From Octopus vulgaris (Eukaryota), in assembly GCA_951406725.2 (NCBI GenBank), contig OX597818.1, forward strand, positions 1,550,001 to 1,614,000: 64,000 nucleotides of DNA. Direction: 5' to 3'. Under the pieces are notes generated by a model. It worked only from the letters and a program-made list of their open reading frames with translations, ran no database searches and was not told where the DNA came from. Position numbers and translations under genes: made by a program. This document shows, piece after piece, positions 1 through 12,641 of the stretch. Every line of letters begins with the position of its first letter. Within the stretch, counting starts at the first letter, position 1.

Positions 1-326
1 GCCAACCAAAGCCTTGTGAGTGGATTTGGTAGACGGAAACTGAAAGAAGCCCGTCGTATGTATGTATGTATGTATGTATGTATGTATGTGTGTGTATACG
101 CGTGTGTGTCTGTGTTTGCCCTCCCAACATCGCTTGACAACCGATGCTAGTGTGTTACGTCCCCGTAACTTAGCGGTTCGGCCAAAGAGGCTGATAGAAT
201 AAGTACTAGGCTTACAAAGAATAAATCCTGGGGTTGATTTGCTCGACTAAAGGATGTGCTCCAGCATGACCACAGTTAAATGACTGAAACAAGTTAAAGA
301 GTAAAAGAGTAAAAGGAGTAAAGAGT
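1..326 (+). mobile_element. tRNA-derived SINE (octopus OK/OR-type), 5' end cut by the window edge
   Basis: Body (gccttgtgagtggatttggtagacggaaactgaaagaagcccgtcg), internal (TATG)n, 3' tail ...ccagcatgaccacagttaaatgactgaaacaag + (AAGAGT)n. The same family recurs at 15966, 29990, 39046 and 59942. Confidence 0.85.
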
Positions 327-335
327 ATATATATC

Positions 336-2504
336 ATTTCTTTATTGGCCACACGGGGCTAAACACAGAGGGGACAATTACAATGTAGAGTTTTTCGAGG
401 GGCGCGAAAAAAGAAAAAAAATAGGCACAACGATCAAAATGGATCGATATCGTTTGGAATATATGCAAAAAATGTCGAGATAGTACAAAAAGTTCCCAAG
501 AAATGGGAAGGTTTATCTGTGGAAAGAAAACCTACGAAAAGACCACAGTAACCTCGGCCAATTACGTCACATATTAACATTTATCTACAAATAGGTAACT
601 CTCTGTATTAAATTTTTTTACGGTTCATAGGATCATGCTCAAGGTGGCTTCGTCATTCATTCGTGCCATCCTTGCTACATTTACCCATCATCTTTTGAAA
701 CAGTCGCTAGACAAAACTTCCCTCTCTACTCTCTCCTTCCTTTTCAAGTGATACTTGAAAAAGTTGATGAGAGATTGACCAGAGAGGAAAGTGTTTGTCT
801 CTAATCCTTTTTCGCGCGTCCACCATAGCTACAAGTATTATAAAAATAGCTCTTCCTTCCCGTTTGAGGGAAGGAGGCATGACGATATTGATGATAGACT
901 CGGCTGATAAACCGACTCGTCCCACACGTGACAGCAGTCGTTCAACATAAGCCCACAGGTCGGAAATGGTTGGACAGTGCACGAGTGCGTGCAGAACGGT
1001 TTCGTCGCTCTGACCGCTTCTCAGGCAGGTCGGCCCCGTGTTTCTCGAACCATGTCTATAGAGCTTATCCAGAACGGGTAGCGGTTCTCAATAGCTCTAC
1101 CAGGCCAGGAATCTCTGGAAATTGTCCATAGGTCCCGGCCCGAAAGTTGTCTTGAACAGGCGGGTCAGGTATTCCTCGTCGACGCCCAGGTTCGCCCCGA
1201 GATCGTCGTCGTACCTCCCCTCCACTAATCCCCTATAAAATGCTTTCGTGGTGATGCAGTCGCTGAAGTTCGACCCAGGACGGCAAAGTTGCTGGAGAGC
1301 AACGCGACACTCGCGGTGCCATTCGCCCTTCCTCGGCCTCTTTTTGATCCACGATTGCAGCTCGGTCATGGACACGAGTTGCGGGAAAGCGCGCCGCACA
1401 AACGGCGACCACACCTGCTCACCGTCGTCTATGCAGAGCCAGAGATGTCGCAGTCTCAGCGTGTGTCTGCGCATCATCAACCACGGCATGCTGGCCCTCC
1501 TTTCAGCGGGTGTTGACAGCAAACGGATCGCCTGACCATCGGAACGTTTCCTTTCCACAAGAAGCGGAAGAGGATGCGTTCTAGTTCGGTGACGGTGGGG
1601 TCGGGACAAGGCACGACGGTCAGGCGGTAGTTGATGACGGACGCGATATACGCGTTCACCACTTCCGCCCGACCTTTTAGGGACAGTTTCCTCTCGGCCC
1701 ATTGCCTGCAGAGAGTGACCACCCTACTCGTTATCTCGTCCCAGTTCTTCTCCGTTTGCAGGTCTGGACCGAACCAGACTCCGAGCAATTTGACCGGCCC
1801 ATCCTTCCAGCGTCCCACTTCTGAGGCGCTGGTGGAGGGCATGGGCTTACTTCTCCAGGTGCCCAGCCGCAAGCCCACCGACTTTTCTCGGTTGATTTTT
1901 GCTCTCGTCACCGCTCCGTAGACTTGCAGTGTCTCGCCCACTAGTTCGATGTGCTCGTGGCTAGACACTATGACGGGGACGTCGTCCGCGTATGCAGACA
2001 CGCTCGTCCCGCACCCCAGTTCTCGCGGATGCTCCTCAGCGTCACCAGCTTTCGCAGTAGTGGCTCGAGAGTCAATACGTACAGAAGCGACGAGAGGGGG
2101 CATCCATGACGGACCGAACGTGCAATGTCGAAAGGTCTCGATAGATGCCCATTCACGCGAATTACCAAACGGATGCCTCTGTACAAGGCAGCCATCCAGC
2201 CGCGGAATATGGGACCAAAGCCAGCCGCTATGAGGACAGCCTCCAAGTATCGATGGTCTACCCTATCGAAAGCTTTGGATTGATCCAAATTGATCAGGGT
2301 TTCACCCATGCCAGGTTCCTTAACTACCCTGTCTATGATGTAGCGCATCAGATGGAGGTTGTCATGGATGCTCCGGCCCGGCATGGCGCAAGTTTACGCC
2401 TTGTCGACAAGTTTCTCGATGACAAGCTAACACCATGGCCAATATTTTCAAGTCTGCATTGAGCAGAGTGATGGGCCTAAAGTTATCTATAATGTCCCCC
2501 TTGA

Positions 2505-2505
<1 letters not shown>
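336..2505 (-). mobile_element. Tx1/L1-group non-LTR retrotransposon, 5'-truncated and frameshifted (RT to 3' UTR)
   Basis: ORF pieces NFRPITLLNAD, LINLDQSKAFDRVDH, SVRHGCPLS, VSAYADDV, LSLKGRAEVVN, plus a C-terminal Cys/His region. AATAAA on minus at 341-346. Both ends abut (TA)n. Confidence 0.9.
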
Positions 2506-2577
<72 letters not shown>

Positions 2578-2715
2578 CACGACTGCTTCTTTCAGTTTCA
2601 GTCTACCAAATCCACTCACATGGCTTTGGTCGGCCCGAGGATATAGTAGAGACACTTGCCTAAGGTGCCACACCGTAGGACTGATCTCGGAACCATGTTG
2701 TTGGGAAGCAAGCTT
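2578..2715 (-). mobile_element. SINE 5'/core fragment (same family as 1-326)
   Basis: gcttctttcagtttcagtctaccaaatccactcac...gacacttgcctaaggtgccacacc matches the other SINE copies. Confidence 0.8.
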
Positions 2716-4070
2716 CTTTATTTCAATATGTAGTGTCCATAGAGTGGACACTACAAAACATGTGGGGACATATAACAATTAAAAATATGTAAAAATACAA
2801 TATGATACTGTGAGTGACGTGAAAATGAACATGAGAAAATAAATTAAGGTTATGATAACGTGCATGATATCTGAAAATGAAAATATGAAGAGTGTGCTAC
2901 TCACCCCACACTGAGTAACACTACTCGCTGCCTCTAAGACCTAATTCCTCTATAGTCTCTGATCTGGTCCTTCTATTTCCGCTCTCGCTATCGCTCAGTG
3001 ACAACACTCTTTCGTAACCTTTTTCACAGGGGATGGAATCTTCGAAATTCTGTGGTGTCTGCACGTTTTCTTTTTCTTTTTTCTTGTGGGGAAATGGGGA
3101 GGTGGGTCTCGTGCCTGTATAGGGCGGGTGGGTCTGAGTGGTCTTGGGTGGGATGCAGTTGGACTGAGGTACCATATCACACTCAGTGTTCTTTCTTTTC
3201 TTCCTCTTCTTCCTTCTACTCTCTGTTACTACCCATTCTTCCTCCTTTACTCTGTCTTTCTTTTCTTCCTCTGTTTTCTCCTCCGTCTCCACAACTGGTT
3301 CGTCTGTTGTTTCATCTATTGTTTTCTTCTGTAGAAGACAGCGTGCTCTAATGTGGCCCTTTTGGCCACTTTTAAAACAACGTGGGACTCTTCCCTCCAC
3401 CAACACTCTTAACACAATTTCTCCCAACGTCACCGTCTCCGTCAGACTCTCTAGATGCTTCTCCTCCGCCTGCAGGATGAGATCCAGTGATTTCCCTCTC
3501 CATCCTCCTTCTTCCGTTTCTGTGGCTGGGAGGACAGCCACCTCCTCCTCACTTCCAACGATGACTGCTGCCGCGACCCAAGCCACTTCTATATCAGGTG
3601 GGATTGCCTCCACCCTTGGAAGTCTTTCTTCCAAGATATGTGGGCAGAAGCACCACCTCTTCCGTCCTCGCCGCCACACTTGTCAGCCTCCTCGCCTCTT
3701 CCTCTGTCCTAAACTGGACGACTACTGTCCCATATTTACATCCTTTGGTTATATACATTATTTGGTTCGACACTTTCCTTAGCGCTTTTTCTATTATATC
3801 TGCTTCCACCTGTTCAGCCATTTTGTTCTTCAGCGAGTGCACCCTATAGGTGATAGTTTTCCTCTCCATTTGGTTCATGATTCTTTTAGGCGGCGACAAC
3901 TTCACGTCGCTACCCATATTCTGCGTCATTTTTCCATATTCCTTTAGTCCAGCCAGGTCTACATCCTTTCTCTTCACCTTTGCCGCCTCAGAAAAACTTC
4001 TTGTTCTCTCCAATATTCAATCCATTCTTCTCACTGCCTTCACCAGCTCCTCCTTCGCTGAAGACAATTC
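2716..4070 (-). mobile_element. ORF1-only LINE derivative (HAL1-like): frameshifted gag-like ORF with RRM-like region and zinc knuckle, with its own 3' end
   Basis: ORFs 3594..4013 (GTVVVQFRTEEEARRL) and 2921..3679 (VEGRVPRCFKSGQKGHIRARC, a degenerate CX2CX4HX4C). An 11-bp stem (2729-2755) follows, then AATAAA on minus at 2717-2722. No EN or RT lies between. Confidence 0.6.
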
Positions 4071-4080
4071 ATATATATAT

Positions 4081-4287
4081 AAAGTTAATCCAAACAAGAA
4101 AGCACAAAAAAACACAACAACGCGAGGACGTGGAACAAATATAGTATTATTGGACGCTCAGGAAAGAAGGAAAGAAGGAGGGTTTAAACGTTTCGAGCGG
4201 AGCTCTTCGTCGGAAACATACGAGAAGGAAAGATCCAGAGAAGGGAAGACAGAGGAAAAAAATCGCCAACGGTACACATGAGGTCAT
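4081..4287 (-). repeat. Penelope-type terminal repeat fragment carrying a hammerhead motif
   Basis: Non-coding ~200 bp between (TA)n and (TATG)n; contains the HHR motif at 4182-4217. Confidence 0.5.
4182..4217 (-). ncRNA. Minimal type-I hammerhead-like motif, U4C core variant
   Basis: Minus strand: GTTT CCGACGA A GAGC TCC GCTC GAAA CG TT T AAAC (stem I GTTT/AAAC, stem II GAGC/GCTC, palindromic stem III AACGTT). Confidence 0.6.
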
Positions 4288-4300
4288 ATGTATGTATGTA

Positions 4301-5182
4301 CGAGGGACGTTCAATAAGTAATGCCCCTGACCCACTTGCAGTTGTTTGATCTAGCTGAAATTTTGCATGTGCAATTATTTATATCTCTATAGATTAAGTG
4401 GCAAATTACAGCTCTGAAATAATTGTGGTTTCTGATTTACAGGTGTTTGAACTGAGTCAAGTGTGAAATGGAGCCTGTTGAGTGTCGAGCAGTGATCCGG
4501 TTTTTGTATTTGAAAGGACACACACCACGGGAGACTTTTGATGAAATGAAAGTAACTTATGCCCCATCATATGACCTTGTAAAACGCTGGCATCATGAAT
4601 TCAAACATAGTCGGAACTCAGTGGAAACAGCTCCCAGATCTGGTCGCCTCCCTTCTGCAATTGATGAGGCATCTGTCCGTCAAGTTGAGGCTGCCATTTT
4701 GGAAGATCGACGCATAGCTATTCGCCAAATAGCCCATGATGTCAAGATTAGTACCGGGTTTGTGGAAACTATCAGTCATGACCATTTGCATATGCAAAAG
4801 GTGTCTGCCAGATGGATTCCCAGGCTGCTCACACTTTTCCAGAAGCAAGAACGCGTCGAGTGCTCGAGGATGAATTTGGAGATGTGCCAAGAAGATGAGT
4901 CAAAATTTTTCAAAAGACTTTCACCTCTTCCCAGCCATGAAGTTGTTTTTGAAAGGAAAGCGTTTCCCAGATGATGCAGCCTTGATTTCTGAGGTCACGT
5001 CGTGGTTGGAGGACCAAGCTGGGGTCTTCTACAAAAACGGTCTCCGAACTGCATCAAACGATGGAAGAAATGCGTAACTCTGGGTGGTTCCTATGTAGAA
5101 AAAGACTAATAACTGTGCCAAGTTTCGTTGCTCTACTGCTATGAGAAGTGGGTGAGGGGCATTACTTATTGAACGCCCCTCG
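4301..5182 (+). mobile_element. Mariner DNA transposon, internally deleted (non-autonomous)
   Basis: TIRs cgagggacgttcaataagtaatgcccct / aggggcattacttattgaacgcccctcg with TA on both sides. ORF 4468..4974 has the HTH region and the WIPRLL linker, joined directly to C-terminal DFHLFP...KGKRF. Confidence 0.95.
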
Positions 5183-5188
5183 TATATA

Positions 5189-7085
5189 CCGGGGTTTTCC
5201 GAAAATCCGCTTAGGGTTGTTAAGCGGAAAATTCTATGCTACAAAACTTGTTTGGGACTTATATAACCGCCCACCTATAATAAGCACCAATGGGCGGTAA
5301 TATGGAAGTAAAATATTTCACCTGGGAAAAACAAAGGTATTCTCAAAAACCATATTTATTTTATACAATTCCATTGAACTTCTATCGTTTCAGTTATCAG
5401 ATATATAGACATAAAGAAACTGAAATGGCCTTAAAAGAAATAGCATATTAAAAAATATTCTGAAGTTAACAATGGATCTATTAGGAAATATTAAAAATTA
5501 AACTGTTGAAAACATGAATAGAAGCCTCGTATGAACAAATAATGTCCTTCGGCATTTATGGTAGAATAATGACCGAATAGTTTCAAGTTAAATGTCACGA
5601 ATTTCTTCATTTGTTGCTTGGCCATAATTCACATCAGAGCTAATTTCACTTATTTGTATCTCATCTTCAATTTTGTCATTATGTGCATCTAGCGCATTTA
5701 CCTCAAGGCCAGACAAAACATCCTGTAAGTGTGAGTTTAAGAGGCTACGTTCTACTGTCTGTCCATGAGGAGCTATTCAACCACATTCAAAAGCACGCTT
5801 TGTAGTTTCTTTATTTAAAGTGACAACGGCTTAAGTCACAAAGTTCACTATCTCTTGATAAGAAGGTTTTCTTTGCGATATCCTTTATTTGTATACTTCC
5901 TTTTGCCATTTGAAAACCAATTCTCCCATTCAGCACGAAGAGCTTTCTTGAAGGACCAATAATTGGTACATCTAACGACTGCAAGTAAGATGTTGTTTCG
6001 GAAGTTATAAGTTTAAGAACTGTATTCCTATGTTTGAACCTTTTGCACTGGACATTCATCCATGAATAGCGCTGAATTTTGAGCATGGAATAGTTGTACT
6101 GTCCTCTGCCCAAACACTTTGTCAGCCCATAGCAGCTTGTGTTCATATGTAATTGATCCCCTGTTGAAGACTGTTAGGTAAATATTCTTTGGGACCTTGA
6201 TTTTAGGCACGTTTTTCAATCCTTTAAGGATAATCATTGTATTCAGCACCTTTCCTGCAGCATTAACACACAATACAGCAGTAAAATGAGCTTTGGTAGC
6301 ACCACAGTGACAGGCATCTACATTTTTATTGCCAACAAAGTATATGGTTGTTGAACTCAACATGTCAACGTATACAGGAGTTTCATTCATATTATAAATC
6401 TGGTCAGCATCCTTATCTGCTGTTAATGCTGGAATGCTATCTAGATAGTCACTGGCAATTTGTGCCTTTTCTCCAAGTGTTTTATTGTCTGTTTGACCAA
6501 CATGTGTAATCTTTCTCGCAGTAAGTTTGTTCCGTTTCATGGAATTGAAAATCCATTTATCAGAACGTCTAAAGCTGTTCATTTCAATTTTAAACCTTTT
6601 TATCAATTCAAAAGTATATTCCCGTAAACGGCGATAATTTACAATTATATTGTTTGCACACTAAACAACAATCCACTGTAAGAGTTCAATCTCTATATCT
6701 CTATGTGCTGGTACCTCCACCAATTGATCTGCACCTCCTCTTGTCTGACATATTGATTAACTCAGTTTCTTTTGTGCACCATTCTCTCAATCGTTTTCTA
6801 TCAATACCTAAGTCTCTTGATGCAGCAGATAAATTGCCAGAATGTTCTTTCACTCATTTAATAGCACTGTTTTTCACTAATGGTATATGATCGTTAAATA
6901 CGTTTTGATATATTTTCTTTCGACTCCATTCTTGGGAATAAATATCCTTTGAATTCATCTACAGACGTAGAGAAAATGAACGTCTAAACAGAATGCGAAC
7001 AAGAATACTAACTCTCTTTCAAGTTTTAACCACAAATAACCGCCCATGGGTGATCTAATGGATGGGCGGATTTTCGGAAAACCCC

Positions 7086-7087
<2 letters not shown>
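5189..7087 (-). mobile_element. pogo-like (Tc1/mariner superfamily) DNA transposon with decayed DDE transposase
   Basis: Perfect 22-bp TIRs ccggggttttccgaaaatccgc / gcggattttcggaaaaccccgg with TA flanks. Minus ORFs contain IYNMNETPVY, TAVLCVNAAG, LFMD and LQSLDV (DDE_1-like). Confidence 0.9.

Positions 7088-7148
<61 letters not shown>
7088..7148. repeat. (TA)n microsatellite, one of many such tracts in the window
   Basis: Read directly. Similar tracts at about 2506, 7918, 8755, 9815, 12592, 15925, 19185, 20246, 23034, 26245, 29693, 31566, 40858, 46221, 59857 and 60984. Confidence 0.98.
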
Positions 7149-7150
<2 letters not shown>

Positions 7151-7310
7151 TATATTAAATCTCTGAGCGAGAGGTAAGTAGTAACAGTACGGAATCGTAA
7201 AATATATTCGCCAACTAAATGTGGCGGTCCCATAGATGACGATATTACTGTTGTTGTTGTAAAATCGTCCTCAATGGGACCGCCACATTTAGTTGGCAAA
7301 TATATATATA
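7151..7310. repeat. Fold-back fragment of the repeat family also at 32711-33157
   Basis: Inverted repeat ccaactaaatgtggcggtccca / tgggaccgccacatttagttgg; head atattaaatctctgagcgag shared with 32711. Confidence 0.7.
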
Positions 7311-8795
<1,485 letters not shown>

Positions 8796-8811
8796 GAAAT
8801 GAGGTATATAT

Positions 8812-9215
8812 AGTAAAGCGAGTACCCACATCAAAGTGGCAGTTGAAAGTTACAACTAGTTTAACCCGAGGCGAATTCTCCGCCAGCTACTTTTTGGTGC
8901 AAGCTCTGCAGCCTTTACATACAATATATTGCTAGCAAAGAGAACGGACCCCTACTACCCTCTAGCAGCTCACACGATCGCGGATCTTAGCTATCATTTC
9001 ACTGCACAGGTGCGTGCGGCTGATGTGAAGCAAATAGCTCGAAACTGACCCTGTTAGCTGCTGGAGGGTAGTAGGGGCTTGCTCCTCCTGCTAGAGATAT
9101 GTTGCATATAAAGGGTGCAGTGCTTGCACTGAAAAATTGCTGGCGGAGAATCCGCTTGAGTTAAACTAGTAGCAACTTTCATCTGCCACTTTGCAGTGGC
9201 CACTTGCTTTACCGT
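8812..9215. repeat. Long imperfect fold-back (MITE-like), arms of ~160 bp
   Basis: caaagtggcagttgaaagttacaactagtttaac...cccctactaccctctagcagct pairs with agctgctggagggtagtagggg...gttaaactagtagcaactttcatctgccactttg. Confidence 0.75.
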
Positions 9216-9507
9216 TCAGTATACGTTACTACTCTATCTCTTCTTGAGGTCTTTATTACTAGCTATTCATTTTGCTTGCTGCAAATCAGTGACTGATGAT
9301 CACTTTGTTTACAATATATCGCTGGCAGAAGCGGATCTTAGCTTAAAATACTATCGTCAACGGAGTCCAACACATCAAATGCGAAAGTAAATGAAGGTAG
9401 GAAGAGAAGAAAAGGGAAGAAGTAAAAGGGAAGGAGAAAGGTGTGTGTGTTTATATGTATGTATGTGTATATGCATATATATATATGTATATATGAATAT
9501 ATATATG

Positions 9508-9812
9508 TAATTGCAGCGTGGAAGGTATTTATAGGCCATCTAAGAAATACACAAAAACCGTTAGATTCACTTCAACATTTAAATTTAATTTAAATATATA
9601 TATGCACAGATGCAGCACGAAGTTTTGTCAGTGAACAGGTCACGGTCTCAAAGCGACAAAAATATTTTGACAAATTAAATTTAAATGTTGAAGGGAATCT
9701 AACGGTTTTTGTGTGTTTCTTAAATGGCTTATAAACACCTTCCACTCTGCAATTGTTTTCGTTCCAGCACACGATCTCAGATCAAGTCACTCGCTATGCA
9801 AGTACATCTCCG

Positions 9813-9816
<4 letters not shown>
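9508..9816 (+). repeat. Penelope-type pseudo-LTR with inverted partial copy
   Basis: 9508-9591 is the reverse complement of ~9672-9755; contains the HHR-like motif at 9624-9674; flanked by (TA)n. Confidence 0.65.
9624..9674 (+). ncRNA. Hammerhead-like motif with G3-C8 swapped core (G12 is A in this copy)
   Basis: TTTGTCA GTGAACA G GTCAC GGTCTCAAA GCGAC AAAA ATAT TT TGACAAA: 7-bp stem I, stem II, palindromic stem III AATATT. Confidence 0.55.
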
Positions 9817-9863
<47 letters not shown>

Positions 9864-10440
9864 GGGCGTGCACTCTCAGGTATGCAAGGTATGCGTTGCA
9901 TGCCCTGTGATTTTTTATCCATATCATCGGAAAATTAGATAAAATAGTTACTTTGTTTCAAAGAAAATCCGTCCAGTTGTTTTGGAAATATTTTGTCTCC
10001 CCTTCTCATCTCTCGGTGACTCGTACTTCTGCTTTGAGAAGACCCGCAGTCTCTTTGTTAGCTTGTCCTTCCTTCCTCTCTCTCTCTTAGTGACTTGATA
10101 AGACAGATGCTAGGACGAAAGGTCGTTCATAATATTTTGTACCCCCTTCCTCTCTCTCTCAGTGGCATGTCATGCTTTGAGATGACCACATTATACCCAC
10201 TCTTTGTCTCTTTGCTAGTGTAGAATTGTTGCTAAACATCTGTTTGCACTATTATATTTTTGGAGTGTTCTGAAAACAAAAATATAATCTATATTATAGT
10301 TCTTATTTCAGAAGTAGCTAATTAATCTTAAATTAATTTAACTAAGGTTATTTTTCCGTTTTGTTGAAATTGGCTTACAATTTACGCCGGCGCTTCCACG
10401 CGTGTTCGTATATAAGAACAGCCTTTTACGAAATTAGTGA

Positions 10441-12200
10441 AATGTGTGTTCTAAACGATATTTTGAGAAATAGTTTTTCTAAAAGAGACTTCGATGGAAA
10501 TTAATTAATTATAAATGGTGGGAGACCAGCACCGAATTTACCTAATCTACGAAGCTACAACAAGAAATTCATGAGACAATTTCAGGTTAATTTGTATGAA
10601 AAGAAAAAATGGTTAACTGGAAGTGTTGCGCTTAATAGATTATTCTGTTGGCCGTGTTTACTTTTTGGCTTAGAAACAAATGTTTGGAATGATAAAGGTT
10701 ATGATGATTTAAAAATTTACATATGGCTATGTTAAAGCACAAGCGTTCTCAAAGTCATATAAAATCTTTGATAGATCTTAAAATATTCGAGAATGTTCGC
10801 ATAGACTTACAATTAGATGCATGTAAAAATCAAAGCATACAACATCATAATGAGAAAGTCAGACGAAACAGATCCATTCTGCAACGATTGATCGATGTTG
10901 TTATGTTTTTAGGCTTCCAAGAATTATCGTTTTGGTGTCATTTTGAATCTGAAGGCTCTAATAATAGTGGAAATTATAAAGAACTCGTATATGTAATCAG
11001 TAAATATGACAAAAAATGGAAAGTCATCTAGATACAGCTTCTATCTTCACCGGTCTGTCAAACAGAATTCAAAATGACTTGATCGATAGAATTCATAAAG
11101 TTATATTGAATGATATGCAAAAGGAAATCGAGCAAGCTAAGTTTGTTTCTATTTTTGTTGATGAGACATCTGATGTCTCAGCATCTTCACAACTGTCAAC
11201 AGTTTTACGTTATGTTACAGAAGACTGTGTGACGAAAGAACGATTTATCAGTTTTAGTGATGTTAGTGCAGATCGATCTGCAAATGCTTTATCTGAACAT
11301 GTTTTTAAATGCATTGAGACGTGGGAATGTGGAAACAAATTGATTGCACAGACATATGATGGTGCCGCTACAATGGCAGGACAACTAAATGGGTTACAGG
11401 CAAAAGTAAGAAAGAAATATGAATGTGCGATCTTTATTCATTGTTGTGCCCATATCCTAAATTTAGTTCTTTCATAATCATGCTCTGCTATGAAAGAATG
11501 CAAGATTTTTTTTGTACAATAAACGGACTGAGTACATTTTTTACGAAATCACCGAAAAGGGGTAATGCATTAGATAACATTGTTAAAAAAAAGATTTCCG
11601 AAGGCAACACCAATGGAATTACTCCTCACGGCTTATTATTATCACAAAGGAAAATTATAATTTTGTGTGGTGGTGGTGGCGATAATAATTCTCTCTATGT
11701 ATGCAGACAGATTAATTAATTATAATTTTTGAGCACATCATTGAAAATCCTGAAGCATGGGATGATACCACCATAAATTCAGCAATTGGATTCTTACACA
11801 CTTTAAAAGCTCCTGATTTCTTATTTTTGTTAGAAGTATTCAGTGACATTTTTTTTCTTTTACTGACATCTTATTTAACATCCTCCAGAGTAAAAGTCAT
11901 GACATAGTGTATTGTAAAGAGCAAATAGATAAAACTAGAACTGTACTCGAAAACAAACTTGATAATTTTTCAATCTTTTACATGTTAGGGGAAAAATATG
12001 AAGTCGATGCAGGAATCGGAATTCAGAGATCTAAGAATATATCTATTGAGCCCCAACGACATTATAGAATGCTTTATAACAAAATTATCAGTACAATAGT
12101 TGACCAAATAAAAGCACGATATTCATCCTTAGAAGAGTTTAAATTCATGGAACTTTCGAATTTCAACAAATTTGATGAGTATTGCAAACAATTTAAAAAT
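10441..12200 (+). pseudogene. hAT transposase pseudogene
   Basis: TTF-type zinc-finger region (LFCWPCLLF), IQNDLI, SIFVDETSDVS, QTYDGAATMAG, IHCCAHILNLV. Several frameshifts and stops; C-terminal dimerisation domain not seen. Confidence 0.88.
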
Positions 12201-12205
12201 CATGG

Positions 12206-12419
12206 GTACTATTTAAGAAGAGTGGTCCCGGTTCGCGCACCCGAGCATCCACGCCAGCTAATCGTGACTAGTCGATCCTTACTTTGTGTTTTATTTACTT
12301 TGTTTAAAACATTATTTACTTTGTGTTTTTGTGTTTTATATATTTTGTTTAAAAAATTTATTTACTTTGCTAGATAGTCGTAGGATCGACTAGTCACGAC
12401 TAGCCAGCTTAAATAATAC
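12206..12419. mobile_element. Small MITE-like insertion inside the hAT element
   Basis: Outer inverted repeat gtactatttaag / cttaaataatac; inner 23-bp inverted repeat gctaatcgtgactagtcgatcct / aggatcgactagtcacgactagc. Confidence 0.6.
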
Positions 12420-12588
12420 TAGGGTGACGTTTTTTTTTATTCTAGGTCATACGGGGGTGATTGCATATTCAGAATCTCCCATATGTAAATCGTAGGAATT
12501 CGAAAAATTTTTTACTGAAAAATTGCCGGGGGGAGGGGGGAGCAAAGAAATTCATTGCATGCCCAACCCCGGAAGTCACCGCACGCCA

Positions 12589-12641
<53 letters not shown>

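Larger units (their letters stand above)
9861..12591 (+). mobile_element. hAT DNA transposon (ZMYM1-like / DUF4371 type) inserted in (TA)n
   Basis: 11-bp TIRs caggggcgtgc / gcacgccactg; (TA)n on both sides; decayed transposase inside. Confidence 0.9.

Noticed and set aside
336-4070. A single full-length LINE made of ORF1 (2921-4013) plus RT (336-2505)
   Set aside because: No endonuclease domain lies between them; the ORF1 unit has its own 3' end, and a SINE plus (TA)n intervene.
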